This document shows positions 56,324 to 64,000 of a stretch of DNA of 64,000 nucleotides, one piece after another (positions within the stretch are counted from its first letter, which is position 1; the number at the start of each line of letters is the position of its first letter). The DNA comes from Myxococcales bacterium UBA1660 (lineage in GTDB: Bacteria; Myxococcota_A; Polyangia; Polyangiales; Houyiibacteriaceae). Position numbers and translations under genes: made by a program. The notes beneath the pieces were generated by a model. The model saw only the letters and a list, made by a program, of their open reading frames with translations, was not told the origin of the DNA and made no database searches. The stretch lies in assembly GCA_002320815.1 (NCBI GenBank), contig DCLA01000076.1:3071-67070 (forward strand), read 5' to 3'.

Positions 56324-59300
56324 TGGACGAGCCCCGCGTGCCGCCGAAGATGCATCGCGGGCTCCGACGCCCAGAACGCCAGCAGGTCCCGCACGTAGGC
56401 CGAGCCCTCCACCAGCGCGGGCCCCGAGAGCCCCTGGATGTCCCGCTCGGTTCGCTGGAGCGCCTGCACGCTGGCGGCGAGGTCGTCGGTGAGCAGCGCG
56501 GCGACCCGGGCCGCGGTCCGCGTCGCGCCCCGGGAGAGGCGCGCGAAGTCCACGTTGCCGGCGGCCACGTAGCCGCGCGCCGCCTCGTCGACGTTCTTCC
56601 GGTGCAGCCAGGGCGTGGCCTTGTGCAGTCGCTTCCGTTGCTCGCTCATGAACTCCTCGCTGGTCAGCCCCCGCCCGTAGCTCTCGTCCACGTTGCGCGC
56701 TGCCGAGGCGAGGAGCACCTCGAGCTCCCGCGGCGTCAGCTTCTCCACCACCTCGATGCCCCGCGCCACCTGCACCAGCGGCCGCGCCAACAGGAAGACC
56801 TGCATCGCTTGGGGCAGGTCCGCCGTGGACGCCGGCGCGATGATCATCGGCGGGTTCCCCGGCTCGAGGAGGTGCCCCACCTGCCGCGACTGGTGCAGGT
56901 AGAGTTCCCACTCCTCGACGCCCAGGATGGCCGCGACGTGATCCCCCAGGGCCCGCAGCGGATGCCCGCTCTTCGCGGTGAGCCGGTCCCGGCTGGTGAG
57001 CCCATAGCTCTCCAGGTCGGCGGGGTAGAGCTTCTGCAGGGCGGGCTCCAGCATGCGCAGGAGCTCGAGCGCCGCCGCCTGATCGGCCGACGGAGTCCCG
57101 AGCTGGTCCAGCACCTCGCGGTCGAAGGCCCCGGGCCGCGCCGCGGCCGTGGCGCGGGCCGCGTTCGCCAGCCGCTGCTGGTCGTCGGCGCTGGCCTGTT
57201 CGAGGATCCCCAGGGGCTCGGTGGCCAGCCGGGCGCCGACGCCGTCCCCGGCTTGGTTCTGGGTGCGGGCCAGCTCGCGCCAGGCGTCGGCGCGCCCGGG
57301 ATCTTCGGCGATGAGCCCCCGCAGGACCCCCACCGCGCGTTCGGTCTCGCCCGCGGCCCGGAGCCGCATGGCCAGCTCCCGTCGCAGCGCCGGGTCGCCG
57401 CCGCTGGCCTCGATCCCCTTCTCCAGGAGCGCGATGGCCCGGTCGAGCTGGCCCATGTGGTCGTGGAGGACCCGGGCCATCTCCAGGTAGGCCGGGGCCT
57501 TGAGGTCCTCGCTGGGCTGCCGGTCGGCGAAGCCCTGGATGGCCCGCAGGTACTGGCCCCAGCCCGCCTCGCTGTCCACGCGGGTCTTGAGCTCGAGGGC
57601 GGACTCGCTCCCGGGCCCCTCGAGGACCACCGCGTCGCGGAGCGCCTCGGCCGCCGCCGCGTCGTTGCCGCGAGCGCTCTCGATGCGCGCCAGGCGGGTG
57701 AGGGCGCGACCGCGGTCCTCCACGTCCTCGCTGGTCGCCACCAAGAGCCGCTTCGTCGCGTCGACGGCCTCGCCCATGCGGCCCTCGCGTTCGTGGAGGT
57801 CGGCCAACCGCTCCAGCGCGGGCACGTGCTCGGCGTCGACGGAGAGCACCGCCTGCAGGCTGACCAGGGCCCGCGCCGGTTGGCCCAGGTGGTCGTCCCA
57901 GAGCTCGGCCAGCGCGAGGTGCGCTTCCTTGAGGACCTCGTGGTCCGGCGCCTGCTGGACCACCTTGCCGAGCAAGCCCACGGCCTGCTCGTGTTGCCCT
58001 TCGCGCAGGTGGTACTCGGCCAGCCGCTTGAGCGCGGGCACGTGGTTCGGTGAGCGCCGCAGCACCCGGTTGAGCGAGCCGACCGCGGCGGCGACCTTGT
58101 GCTGGTCGTCGGCCTGGATGCGCGCGACCTCCAGCCAGAGCGCGGCGCTCGCGGCGTCGTCCTCGGCGGCGGTGGCGGCGCGGCCCAGCAGGTCCGCGAG
58201 CCGGCCGTGCTCCCCACGGGCGCGCAGGATCTGGCCCAGGAGCTGCGCCGACTCCGCGTGCCCCGGGGACACCTCGAGCGCTCGCTCGAGGTCCTCGATG
58301 GCGCCGTCGATGTCGCCCAGGCGCTCGCCGCGCACCCGCGCGCTCCGGGTGAGCAGCCGGGCGGCGTGGGCCCCGTCGGCGGCCACGCGCGCCTCCTGGC
58401 GGGCGGCCTCCGAGAGGATCGCCGGGTCCTCGGTGCTCTCCGCGATGCGCGAGAGCCCGCGCGTGGCGCCCAGGCTGTGATCGTCGGCCTCGAGGGCGGC
58501 CCGGTAGGCCGTGAGCGCCCCCGGGGACTCGAGGGCCTCCAGGGTCTCGCCGAGCCGCGTCAGGTGCGCGGCGCGCAGCGCGCGGTCCTCGCTGATGGCG
58601 GCCATCCGCTCGTCCACCTTGGCGAGGCGCTGCCGGTCCCCCGTCGCCAGCGCGAGCTGCTCCAGCGCCCGCAGCGCGACGGGGTGGGCCGGCTCGATCT
58701 CCAGGAGCTGGTCGTAGACCGCCATGCGGTCGGTGGGCGTGCCCACCCCCTGGGCTTCCATGACCCGCGCCTGGGCTTCGAGCGCCGCGCTCCGGGCCTT
58801 GGGATCCACGAAGACCTTGGCCTGGGCCGCGTGCACCCGCGCCAGCGCGTCCCACGAGCCGACCCGCCGGTAGAGCTCTTCCAGCGCCAGCAGCGCGCCC
58901 AGGTTCGTCGGCGCCCGCTCGAGCACCGCCTCGTAGCGACCGATGGCCTTGCGGGGCTCGCTCAGATCGTGAGCCCAGACCTCGCCCTCGCGCATCATGG
59001 CGTCGAGGACCAGGTGCCGGTCCTCGAGGGTCGCCAGCTCCTTGTGGATCTCCTGGGCCAGGCTCCCCCACTCGCCCGCGCTCGCGCGGATCCGGGTGAG
59101 CGCACCCAAGGCCGGGCGATACCCGGGGTCCGCCTCGGCGGCGGCTTCGTAGGCCTTGGCGGCGCCCTTGGCGTCGTCCAGACGCTCCTCGCGCAGCTCG
59201 CCCACCCGGTAGGCCAGCCGTGCCTTGGCGGCGTCGGTGGACGCTTCGGCGAGCTGCTGCTCGACGACCCGCGCGAGACCTTCCCAGTCCCCGCGCGCCT

Positions 59301-61797
59301 CGAGCAGCCGCTCGAGCGCGTTCAGCGCGGGGCCGTGCTTCGAGTCCGCGCGGACGGCGCGCTCGTAGTAGGTCACCGCGTCCGCCTCGCGGCCGAGGCG
59401 CTCCTCGCAGAGCTCGCCCATCTTCTGCAGGAGGACCACCCGGGCCGGCCCCTCGCTCACCTCGAGCTCGCGCTCGTAGATGTCGAGCAGATCGTCCCAG
59501 CGGCCGGCCGCGTTGTAGAGCCGCCCCACGCTGGTCAGCGCCGGGACGTACTTGGGATCGATGTCCAGGAGCTGCCGGTAGCGCTTCAGGGCGCCGTCGC
59601 GATCCTCGAGCTTCAGGTCGAGCACCTCGCCGGTGCGGTGGAGGAGGGCGACCCGGTGCTCGTCGTCCTTGGTCTTCTCGATCTCCATGTCCAGCGCGGC
59701 GACCAGCTCGGCGTGCCGGCCGGCGCGCTCCGTGGCGCGTTGGAGCGCGTGGATGGCCCCGAGCCCGTCGGGGTCGAGCTCCAGGATCCGCTGGTAGGCG
59801 TGCGCCGCCTGGGCCGGCTCGCCCAGGAGGTCCTCGTAGACCGCGCCGATCTTGAACAGGTAGGTGATCGCCCGGGTCGGGCTCTCCGCCCGCTCCACCG
59901 CGCGCTCGTAGAGCTCGATGAGGTCCCGGTGGCGCCCGGCGTCGGCCAGCAGCCGGACGAGCGCCTTGAACGACGCGGTGTATCCCGGCGAGGCCGCCAT
60001 GGCGCGATCGTGCTGTTCGATGGCTTCGTCGCGGCGGCCCTGGTCTTCGAGGAGCTCGGCCACGCGCACGTGGGCAGCGGCACGCCGCTCGGGCTCACTG
60101 GCCCGCTGCGCCTCGTCGAGGTGCATGCGCAGCGCGCGTTCCCAAGCTCCGGCGCGGCGGTAGATGGGCGCCAGCGCCTGCAGCGTGGGCACGTGGGTGG
60201 GGTCGATCTTCAGCGCCGCCTCGTACCAGTGGACGGCGGCTTCTTCGCGGCCCAGCCGGTGCTGCTCCAGCGCGCCGATCCGGTGCAGCACGCCGAGCTT
60301 CTCGCGCGGCTCGCCCAGGGTGAGCACCAGCCCCTGGAGCGCCTCGACCAGCGAGTCGTAGCGGCTCTCGCGTTCGTAGACCCGCGCCATCTCGGTGAGC
60401 ACCAGCGGGTTCTCGGGGTCGATCGCCGCGGCGCGCTCCAGCGCGTTCATCGCCTCCCGGGCGTTGCCCAGCCGGTCCGAGTGCAGCCGGGCGACCCGAT
60501 AGAGCGCCATCGTGCGCACCGCCGGATCCTCGGTGAGCTCACCCCCGAGCTCGAGGACCCGGATCAGATCCCGCCAGCGCTCGTGCTCGTAGTGGAGCCG
60601 CTCCAGGGCGGCGAGGGCGCCTGGCGCCCGCGGGTCGAGCTTCAAGGCGGTCTCGTAGAGGTCCGCCGCCCGGGTCTTGCTGCTGGTCCGCTCCACCAAG
60701 CGGGCGCGCTGGGCCACCAGCGCCGCGCGGTGGGAGGGATCGTCGGCGACGGCGTTGGCCGTCTGCTCCAAGAGCTGCTCGACCTCGCCCCAGCGCCGCT
60801 CCTCGCTCAGCCGCTCGATGAGCGCCCGCAGGATCGCCGGGTTGCCCCGGTCGAGCTCCAGGGCGTTGCGGTAGGCCCGCCGCGCGTCGTCGAGCTTCTG
60901 CATCTCCCGCTCGAGCAGCCGGCCCTTCTCGTAGAGCAGGGTCGCCTTCTGCACCGGGTCCGAGGTGATGCGCGCCTCGGCGTCGTAGAGCTCGAGCGCC
61001 TTGGGGAAGTTGCGCTGCGCGAGGAGGACCCGGCGGGTCCCGCGGAGGATCGGGAGGTGATCGGGCGCCTTCTTCAGCGCCGCCTGGTAGTGGGTCGCCG
61101 CCCGGCGGAGATCCCCCAGCGGCGCCTCGTAGAGGCGGGCGATCTCGAAGTGCAGGCGAACGAGCTCGCCCGCCTCGCGCGTCTTCTCCACCCGCTTCTC
61201 GCACTCCGCGACGAGCGCCTGGGTGGCGGCTTTGGCGTCCTCGGCGTAGCTCGGCGCCTCGGGGGGCGGCGGCGGCGGGGGCGGCACCGAGGCCCGGGCG
61301 CTCTGACCCGGCGGGGCGGCGCGCGGCGGGGTCGCCCCCGGCGGCGGCGCTCCCTTGAGGCTGCTCGGCGGAGCCGCCTGGGGCCGCGAGGCACCCGGCG
61401 GCGCCGGCGGGGCCTTGCGTCGCTTGGGCGGCGGCGGAGCCGAGGCGCGGGATCCCGGCGGGGGCGGCGGGGCCGAGGCCCGGGCACGGGAGCTCGGCGG
61501 GGGCGGCGGGACGGATGCCTTGGCGGCGGCGGCGGCGGCGGCGGCGCCATCTCGAGACGGCGGCGGCGGCGGCGGCGGCGGCGCCGATGTCTTGGGCGGC
61601 GGCGGGGGCGCGACCGAGCGCGGCGGCTTCGGGACCACCGGGAGCCCGCCCTGGGAGGGGCTCGGCGAGCTGGCGGCGCCCACGAGCGTGTGGGTGTGCG
61701 CCGCCCGCTTCGTCGGTGGTGGGGCGGAGGGCCGCTCCGCGCGGAGATCCTCGACGCCCACCTCCACCGTCTTTTGGCGCTTCTCGTCGTCGGCCAT
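56320..61797 (-). CDS. Giant TPR-repeat protein (1825 aa) with ~190-aa Pro/Ala-rich N-terminal region and a non-TPR C-terminal domain
   Basis: ATG 61797 (MADDEKRQK). Poly-P and poly-A tracts, then more than 30 TPR-like units (..A..Y...L..DP....AL..L...Y). The stop overlaps the downstream ATG (ATGA). Confidence 0.8.
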   Translation of the reverse strand: MADDEKRQKTVEVGVEDLRAERPSAPPPTKRAAHTHTLVGAASSPSPSQGGLPVVPKPPRSVAPPPPPKTSAPPPPPPPPSRDGAAAAAAAAKASVPPPPPSSRARASAPPPPPGSRASAPPPPKRRKAPPAPPGASRPQAAPPSSLKGAPPPGATPPRAAPPGQSARASVPPPPPPPPEAPSYAEDAKAATQALVAECEKRVEKTREAGELVRLHFEIARLYEAPLGDLRRAATHYQAALKKAPDHLPILRGTRRVLLAQRNFPKALELYDAEARITSDPVQKATLLYEKGRLLEREMQKLDDARRAYRNALELDRGNPAILRALIERLSEERRWGEVEQLLEQTANAVADDPSHRAALVAQRARLVERTSSKTRAADLYETALKLDPRAPGALAALERLHYEHERWRDLIRVLELGGELTEDPAVRTMALYRVARLHSDRLGNAREAMNALERAAAIDPENPLVLTEMARVYERESRYDSLVEALQGLVLTLGEPREKLGVLHRIGALEQHRLGREEAAVHWYEAALKIDPTHVPTLQALAPIYRRAGAWERALRMHLDEAQRASEPERRAAAHVRVAELLEDQGRRDEAIEQHDRAMAASPGYTASFKALVRLLADAGRHRDLIELYERAVERAESPTRAITYLFKIGAVYEDLLGEPAQAAHAYQRILELDPDGLGAIHALQRATERAGRHAELVAALDMEIEKTKDDEHRVALLHRTGEVLDLKLEDRDGALKRYRQLLDIDPKYVPALTSVGRLYNAAGRWDDLLDIYERELEVSEGPARVVLLQKMGELCEERLGREADAVTYYERAVRADSKHGPALNALERLLEARGDWEGLARVVEQQLAEASTDAAKARLAYRVGELREERLDDAKGAAKAYEAAAEADPGYRPALGALTRIRASAGEWGSLAQEIHKELATLEDRHLVLDAMMREGEVWAHDLSEPRKAIGRYEAVLERAPTNLGALLALEELYRRVGSWDALARVHAAQAKVFVDPKARSAALEAQARVMEAQGVGTPTDRMAVYDQLLEIEPAHPVALRALEQLALATGDRQRLAKVDERMAAISEDRALRAAHLTRLGETLEALESPGALTAYRAALEADDHSLGATRGLSRIAESTEDPAILSEAARQEARVAADGAHAARLLTRSARVRGERLGDIDGAIEDLERALEVSPGHAESAQLLGQILRARGEHGRLADLLGRAATAAEDDAASAALWLEVARIQADDQHKVAAAVGSLNRVLRRSPNHVPALKRLAEYHLREGQHEQAVGLLGKVVQQAPDHEVLKEAHLALAELWDDHLGQPARALVSLQAVLSVDAEHVPALERLADLHEREGRMGEAVDATKRLLVATSEDVEDRGRALTRLARIESARGNDAAAAEALRDAVVLEGPGSESALELKTRVDSEAGWGQYLRAIQGFADRQPSEDLKAPAYLEMARVLHDHMGQLDRAIALLEKGIEASGGDPALRRELAMRLRAAGETERAVGVLRGLIAEDPGRADAWRELARTQNQAGDGVGARLATEPLGILEQASADDQQRLANAARATAAARPGAFDREVLDQLGTPSADQAAALELLRMLEPALQKLYPADLESYGLTSRDRLTAKSGHPLRALGDHVAAILGVEEWELYLHQSRQVGHLLEPGNPPMIIAPASTADLPQAMQVFLLARPLVQVARGIEVVEKLTPRELEVLLASAARNVDESYGRGLTSEEFMSEQRKRLHKATPWLHRKNVDEAARGYVAAGNVDFARLSRGATRTAARVAALLTDDLAASVQALQRTERDIQGLSGPALVEGSAYVRDLLAFWASEPAMHLRRHAGLVQ
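61522..61582. repeat. Two (GGC)8 trinucleotide tracts (61522-61545, 61559-61582) inside the TPR gene
   Basis: Read directly. On the coding strand they are read as GCC (Ala8) and CCG (Pro8) respectively. Confidence 0.95.
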
Positions 61798-61881
61798 GGG
61801 CCGATGATGCCTGGGAAACCGGCGGGATCCCAGCGCCATCGGGACCCCACCGGGGGGCGCTCGGGGCGCCCTCGGGAACCG

Positions 61882-62724
61882 TCAGGCGGCGGGCGCGAAC
61901 TCCTGGAGCTGCGCGCGGAGCTTCATCTTGGCGCGCGCCTCGAGCTGCCGAGCGCGCTCGCGGCTGACCCCGAGCTCCCGGCCCAGGGCGGCGAGGGTGC
62001 GGCCCTCGTCGGAGAGGATGCGGTTCTCGACGATGTAGCGCTCGCGGTTGTCGAGGGCGCTGAGCGCGTCGCCGAGGCGGGCTTCGATGGCGGCCTGGCG
62101 GCTGTTCTTCTCGTAGATGGCGTCCTGCGCCTCCTGGTCGGAGACCAGGGTGTCGACCATCGAGACCCCGCTGTCGTCGAAGACGTTGGCGTCGAGCGAG
62201 ACGTCCTTGGCCTCGAGGCGGCGGAGCATGCGGGCCATCTTCTCCGGCGTGACATCGAAGCGCTCGGCCATCAGCTCGATGCGCTTCTGCGGATCGTGCT
62301 CGATGTTCGCGACGCGGGCGCGCTCCCGGCGGAGGCGGAAGAAGAGCTTGGAGCGAAGCGGGCCGCTGCCGGCGCCGACCATGCTGGTCGACCGGACCAC
62401 CGCCTCGAGGACGTAGGCGCGGATCCAGTAGCCGGCGTAGGTGACGAAACGGGTCCCCCGGGAGGGGTCGAACTTCGAGACCGCCGTCACCAGACCGATG
62501 CTGCCCTCGGCGACCAGGTCGCCCAGGCGCACGTCGTAGCGACGGTACTGGAGGGCGACGGCGACCACGTAGCGGAGGTTGGCCTCCACCAGGGCGTCGG
62601 CCGCCTCCTGATCCCCGGCCTGCACGCGCAGGGCGAGGTCGTGCTCGGTCTCACGATCCAGAGTGGGGATCGCGCGAACACGCTTGATGTATCGGTCTAG
62701 CTCGGAATCTCGTCGGTAGGCCAC
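61882..62724 (-). CDS. Sigma-70 family sigma factor, RpoH (sigma-32)-like
   Basis: Region 2 LVEANLRYVVAVALQY..GLVTAVSKFDP..FVTYAGYWIRAY, an RpoH-box-like SKLFFRLRR, and region 4 LAALGRELGVSRERARQLEARA. Confidence 0.85.
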   Translation of the reverse strand: MAYRRDSELDRYIKRVRAIPTLDRETEHDLALRVQAGDQEAADALVEANLRYVVAVALQYRRYDVRLGDLVAEGSIGLVTAVSKFDPSRGTRFVTYAGYWIRAYVLEAVVRSTSMVGAGSGPLRSKLFFRLRRERARVANIEHDPQKRIELMAERFDVTPEKMARMLRRLEAKDVSLDANVFDDSGVSMVDTLVSDQEAQDAIYEKNSRQAAIEARLGDALSALDNRERYIVENRILSDEGRTLAALGRELGVSRERARQLEARAKMKLRAQLQEFAPAA

Positions 62725-62856
62725 GCTCGTCGGCTCCTCGTCTCGGGCCCATCAGCACGTGGGCCATCGTCGGCGAGGAGACGACGTGGGGACAGAAGGC
62801 GTTACGACAAGTATTTCGTCGGGGCCCGACTCTCGGGTCGGACCGAGCCCTCTCTC

Positions 62857-63180
62857 TCAGGCCGCGAAGGACGAACCGCAACCGCAGGTCGCGGTGGCCT
62901 GCGGGTTGATGAACTTGAAGCCCGCCCCGTAGAGGCCCTCGACGTAGTCGATCTCGGTGCCTTCCAGGTACTGGAAGCTCATCATGTCGATGTAGAGGGG
63001 GATCCCGTGGGACTGGTAGACCTGGTCCAGATCGGTGGTCTCGTCCTCGAAGAAGAGGTCGTAGGTGAAGCCGGAGCAGCCTCCGCCGAGGACCCGGACG
63101 CGGAGACCCTGCTCGCCGAGATCTTCCGCCTCGCGGATCTCTTTGACCTTGGCGGCGGCGGCGTCGGTGAGGTTGATCAT
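62857..63180 (-). CDS. erpA: HesB/IscA-family iron-sulfur cluster insertion protein
   Basis: ATG 63180. MINLTDAAAAKVKEI...LRVRVLGGGCSGFTY...CGCGSSF. Confidence 0.9.
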   Translation of the reverse strand: MINLTDAAAAKVKEIREAEDLGEQGLRVRVLGGGCSGFTYDLFFEDETTDLDQVYQSHGIPLYIDMMSFQYLEGTEIDYVEGLYGAGFKFINPQATATCGCGSSFAA

Positions 63181-63311
63181 GAAATCGTTGTCCTGACTCT
63201 TGGGTAGGGGGTGACCGGCGCCCAGCATAGGATCGGGCCCCGGGGCTGGCAACGTCCGTCGCCGTCGGCCCCGAGGCATAACGCGACGGCGCCGGGAGCG
63301 ACTCGAAAACC

Positions 63312-64000
63312 ATGGACTACGACCTCGATCTGCGCGGGAAGCGCGCGCTCGTCACCGGAGCCGGCGTGCGCGTCGGCGCGGCCATCGCCGAGGCCCTCGG
63401 GAGCCGGGGCGCGAAGGTCGCGGTGCACTACCACCGGAGCGAGGCGCCCGCGCGGGAGACCGCGGAGGCGATCCGGCGCGCCGGCGGGGAAGCGGAGCTC
63501 TTCCAGGCGGACCTGATGGACCTCGACGCGGCCCGCGGCCTGGGCGAGCGCGTGGTGGAGGCCTTCGGCGGGCTGGACCTGCTGGTCGCCAGCGCGGCGA
63601 ACTTCGAGCAGGTGGCCTTCGAGGCCATCGACGACGGCCACTGGGAGCGGGCGCTGGGCCTGAACCTCCGGGCCCCCTTCGCGCTGGCGCAGGCGGTGGC
63701 TCCGGCCCTCCGCGAGGGCGCGGGCTCCATCGTCTTCATCACCGGCTTCGGGACCCAGGTGCCCTACCGCGACTACCTGCCCTACCTGGCGAGCAAGGGC
63801 GCCCTACGCCAGGTGATGCGCACCCTGGCCCTCGAGCTGGCGCCCGAGGTCCGGGTCAACGCCGTGGCGCCCGGCACCGTGCTGCCGCCCGAAGACCTCT
63901 CGCCGGAAGCCACCGAGGCCATCGTCGCCAAGGCGCCGCTGCGTCGGGTGGGCTCCGCCGAGGAGGTCGCCCGGGCGGTGCTCTACCTCGCCCGCGCCGA
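63312..64000 (+). CDS. SDR-family oxidoreductase (pteridine-reductase-like); 3' end lies outside the window
   Basis: ATG 63312. Rossmann ALVTGAGVRVGAAIA, NAAN-like ASAANF, and catalytic YxxxK (YLASKGAL). There is no stop before the window edge. Confidence 0.8.
   Translation, partial: MDYDLDLRGKRALVTGAGVRVGAAIAEALGSRGAKVAVHYHRSEAPARETAEAIRRAGGEAELFQADLMDLDAARGLGERVVEAFGGLDLLVASAANFEQVAFEAIDDGHWERALGLNLRAPFALAQAVAPALREGAGSIVFITGFGTQVPYRDYLPYLASKGALRQVMRTLALELAPEVRVNAVAPGTVLPPEDLSPEATEAIVAKAPLRRVGSAEEVARAVLYLARA

Overview
About 70% GC bacterial chromosomal DNA. The gene content points to Myxococcota (inference only): many Cys-lipoproteins with acidic or Pro-rich linkers, PilZ proteins, a receiver-DUF4388/PATAN regulator, giant TPR proteins, a TIGR02265-like protein, a GspG-like pseudopilin, and a TSP3-OmpA protein. 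I support about 55 CDS, 3 tRNAs (Val-GAC, Pro-GGG, Arg-CCU), several intrinsic-terminator hairpins, and two related families of intergenic repeats. The backbone is housekeeping. It holds a ParC/ParE-like type IIA topoisomerase pair and thrS-infC ... rpmI-rplT-pheS-pheT-ihfA-tRNAPro, followed by surE-apt. It also holds a homogentisate-pathway cluster (FAH-maiA-hppD), a DsbD-like reductase, erpA, and several cell-envelope enzymes (LysM/M23, M23, GT39). Seven items deserve a second look. (1) A three-gene envelope operon (44550-50848) has two giant beta-propeller lipoproteins with CxxCH and expanded C-X4/6-CH motifs flanking a HEAT-repeat protein. (2) A 975-bp segment beside tRNA-Pro is bounded by perfect 50-bp inverted repeats and carries only a GspG-like ORF; a sequence-related repeat cluster lies at 50848-51069. 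(3) A divergent TetR/lipoprotein module with two perfect 19-bp palindromes splits the normally contiguous infC-rpmI junction. (4) There is a core-only FtsZ paralogue outside any division cluster. (5) An RpoH-like sigma factor sits next to a 1825-aa Pro-rich TPR protein that is translationally coupled to a PATAN response regulator. (6) infC probably starts at a non-canonical ATC codon. (7) A near-consensus sigma-54 promoter lies upstream of an MBL-fold hydrolase. I saw no CRISPR array, integrase, transposase or recognisable defence genes. All family assignments come from motifs read by eye, with no database search. Many very long ORFs in the supplied track are alternative-frame artefacts of the high GC content.
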